DNA from: Squalus acanthias
Lineage: Eukaryota
DNA: 64,000 nucleotides
Assembly (NCBI GenBank): GCA_030390025.1
Contig: CM059431.1
Location: 147,004,001-147,068,000, forward strand
Reading direction: 5' to 3'
Positions 60,902 to 64,000 of this stretch are shown here, in pieces. Under the pieces are notes generated by a model. It was given only the letters and a program-made list of their open reading frames with translations, was not told where the DNA came from and did no database searches. Within the stretch, counting starts at the first letter, position 1. Each line of letters begins with the position of its first letter. Made by a program: the position numbers and the translations under genes.

Positions 60902-62728
60902 CTACTTTTTGCCCTTCGAGGGTGATCTCCTTCCCTTGCGCACTTCCCCCCTTCTAACCCTACTGCTCCTCCGTAATGGGACCTCAGTGGCTGCAGCAAG
61001 GCTGGTGGAAGGCTGCTGCTTGTCAGACCCTGACACTGCAGATGCCCCTGAAGGCCGGCCTCGACCACTTCTGGGCCTGGAGGGCCCGGCTGCAGACTGC
61101 ACCAACTCTGCATGGGCGGCAGCAGTCTGTCCTACAGGCGGTGGCAAGTGCAGTGGAGAAGTGACAGTGTTGGCAGCAGGAATGCTGTCATCGTGAGAGA
61201 GGACAGCAACTCCCTGCTCGCCCGACACACTGGCACTCCCACGGGGCAGCACTTCAGCATCCGGAGCAATTTGCCTGAGAACAGATTGCTGGCCTGCTGC
61301 GGCGCGGTGACAGCCCCGGGGACATGTGCACGAACCATCGAGGATGGCAGCAGTCAGTGCTCGCGTGGCCTCAATCTGAGTCTGCATGAGAGCAGGCTCA
61401 GATGGGTTCCTGGCAGCCAGTGACTGAATTGCAGCAGTAAGCTTTAGTGTGGCATCCGCCTGTGCTACAGCGAAGTGCTCCACACTCCTTGCCAGTGCCT
61501 CAATGCATTCGGGCACCCTTCCCACTGCACCCATGAGCTCAGTGTGCATGACCACCGCCTGGCTGTTCATTTCTGCAATCATCCGCTCCTCCTCTGCGTC
61601 CATTGCATTAGGAGTGTCTGGCATACTCTCCCTCTGGGGAGAAGGCTCCCGTTCTTCCCTCCCCCCCCCCCCCATGGCGTTGCTGCAGCCCGCTGGGTCC
61701 TGGAACTTCACCATCATCAGCCCCTTCCCCCCTGCTCCCCTCCGGGGAAGGCGTGTTCCCAGTGTGGCCATGGGCTTCCTCGGGAGAGGGTGGCACTGAT
61801 GCTCCGGCTTCCTCTTCCTCCTCAGCTGCAGCATCACTCCCAGTGGCAGCTTCAGGGACCATCTCCTCAGCTGGTGAATCACCATCTGAAAGCAGGGAGG
61901 TACAAGAGTGGCTTTAGCGTGAGGACAGGGTGGCAGTAAGGGAGGAATAAGTGCAGCGAGTTAGCAAGTTGGATTGAAAGTGTCAAAGGCTGGTATTGTG
62001 AGGGACAAGTGGAAGGACAGAGGACAAAAAGGTGATGACCTTACCATTGCTGTCCACAACGGGGTCGGCGTCTCCAGTGGCGACGGGACCGATCACCCGG
62101 CTTGCCACAATCCTGTGGACGCGCTCCTCCAGATCGCTGAGGGGTTGCAGCTGAAGCCGCCCTCCACCCGTCCGTTGCTGCTGTCTCCGATTATGAGCCA
62201 GCTTAGCCTGCAAGAAAAAGGACAGCATCTGAGTCAATATACAGCCATGGTCTTGCCTGATGTGCCTCCCATAGGTGAATAGCCCTTACAATATGCAGCC
62301 ATGGTCTTGCCTGATGTGCCTCCCATAGGTGAATAGCCCTTACTGTATGCAAAGTGTGGAATGTGTGTGTGTGTTTGATAAAAGGGCCATAGGTGTTGGA
62401 TGAGTGTTGTGCATTGGGGTTTTAAGACCCTCTGGCCATAGAGTGAGGTTGAGATGGAGGGATGGAGAGGTATTGAGAAAAAGCCACTCACCCTGACGAC
62501 CCGAGTGAGGTCGTTGAACTTTTTGCGGCACTGGACATGGGTCCTGGGCACCATGCTCCTGGAGGAGACGCTCTGAGCCACCTCCCTCCACACTCTTCTG
62601 AACTCGCGTGGCAAAGGCCTCCTGCCACTCTCTGGGAACAGCATGCATCGTCTGCGCTCCACTGCGTCAACCAGAGCATCCAAGGCCCGCTCGGTGAAGC
62701 GATGAGCGCGTTCTCTCACCCTCTCCAT
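60902..62728 (-). CDS. Harbinger Myb/SANT-like DNA-binding protein, 3 exons (62728-62492, 62207-62045, 61885-60902), one frameshift at the C13 run (61661-61673)
   Basis: RFTERALDALV...WREVA...RTHVQCRKKFNDL and RTGGG. Canonical GT-AG junctions in compatible phases. About 460 aa if the run is C12. Confidence 0.87.
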
Positions 62729-64000
62729 TCTTGGCAGCAAAATGGATTACAGGTCTCTCCAGGCTGAGATTCAAGGCTGCAATGAGCAGGGTGTGGCTGG
62801 GGAGCAAGTGGCCCCCCCCGCTTTAAGAAGTGTCCGGCGCCAGTGTGTCTGTGTTACCGCGCTAACTGGCAGCAGCTGCGCTGCGCTCGTGCGCTGAGTT
62901 AGCGCCTCACTCCTAGGCCTTTACGCCTTAAGAGAGGTGTGCAGCGCCTAATTTAGCGCTCCACTCACCTCCCGGGGCGGTAAAAGTGAAGTTTCCTGTC
63001 AGTGCCGATAATTAGCGCCAGGCGCTAATATTTGCGCGCGGACGATATTTGCGCCCAAAATGGGGCGCGACCTAATTTCTACCCCTAAGACTTTATGAGG
63101 TAGGTTTTATCTAAAAGAATTATAAACGGACCCGCAATGCAAATATTGGCACTGCCCAACTTCCTCTAACAGTAAAGTGTCTTCAAACAATGGGAGGCTA
63201 CTTCAAAAGTGTCGGTATTTTATAAATTAGTAATCGGAAAATAGGAAATATTTCAATCATTCCGTGATTTTACTGAACTTTCCTCCGCTTTAGTGAATTC
63301 TGCCGATTGGCAGCGGCGGATTATGCAGCCACACAATTTTCTTTTTCATTATAGTCAATGAAAAGGGAAATTCGGCGGAGTGTATGAGTGGCGCACAGTC
63401 CGCTCCAGCCAGATTTCCGCCCATGCCTAAATTGAAAATGACCTTAGTTTCAGAATATTCAGATTGCATGAATCCCAAATGGACTGATAACTACAGGCAT
63501 GCAGTAGATGGAAGGCACCGCGATAAAAATACAATCCGACTGGGAGAAAAAAAATGCATGCAAGCCAATCAGTTCAACATAAAAATAAACCAACAGAACA
63601 ATTTATATCTGCGGCGCCCATCAATTTCAGAAGGTGTGTAAAGATCGAGCTGACACAGCCTATTTATATGTGTAACCCGTTGCTGTGAATAGAAAAGCGG
63701 AAGCAGTCAGAGTCAGTCCTCTGACTTTCTTCCACATCCTGCAGTGTGAACAGTGGATTTACCCAGTTCGAAGAACAGCTTCGCTTCGACATCTTTCAAC
63801 CTGCAACTCATGTACTGCAGAACAAATTGTAAACAAGTTTCAAACGAGGCACTGAAATTAGCGGGCGGACAAAATGCTAGTTACTTGGCTCGAATCCTCA
63901 TCTCAAGCCGTTACACCGAGAAACGCTCTCAAACCCAGGTCCCCAGTGGTGCTGGACGGAGCTATGAATACACCGCCTTGCACTGGGGATACCCGTTCAA

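Larger units (their letters stand above)
58942..63085. mobile_element. Full-length autonomous-type PIF/Harbinger DNA transposon (4144 bp)
   Basis: TIRs GGGGTAAAAATT and AATTTCTACCCC (11/12 match), TSD TAA (58939-58941, 63086-63088), and two convergent genes. Confidence 0.96.

Noticed and set aside
63940..63990. 9-bp inverted repeat TCCCCAGTG/CACTGGGGA
   Set aside because: Isolated, at the window edge, and compatible with chance.

Overview
Eukaryotic, repeat-rich vertebrate DNA, most likely a cartilaginous fish (inferred from the CR1/L2 LINEs, Deu-domain SINEs, Penelope elements and GPR139-like GPCR paralogues). Host genes: two two-exon GPR139-like GPCR loci, one with an open frame (30846-32554) and one a pseudogene (46402-50108). 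The most notable mobile elements are: (1) a very young, near-intact 8.0-kb endogenous retrovirus (19666-27678, minus) inside a 26-bp satellite, with near-identical LTRs, a 4-bp TSD, a tRNA-Ser-like PBS, a UGA-CAG-UCA gag/pol junction, a non-gamma-looking RT with a gamma-type Env, and a possible accessory ORF; (2) a complete two-gene PIF/Harbinger transposon (58942-63085) with TIRs and a TAA TSD; (3) an inverted Penelope pair with a TSD and a minimal hammerhead ribozyme motif in each arm; (4) a decayed Gypsy element with a nested CR1. There are also five minisatellite/satellite arrays and an unexplained 1.31-kb tandem macro-repeat (4540-10060). All calls were made by eye; no searches were run, and boundaries of degraded elements are approximate.
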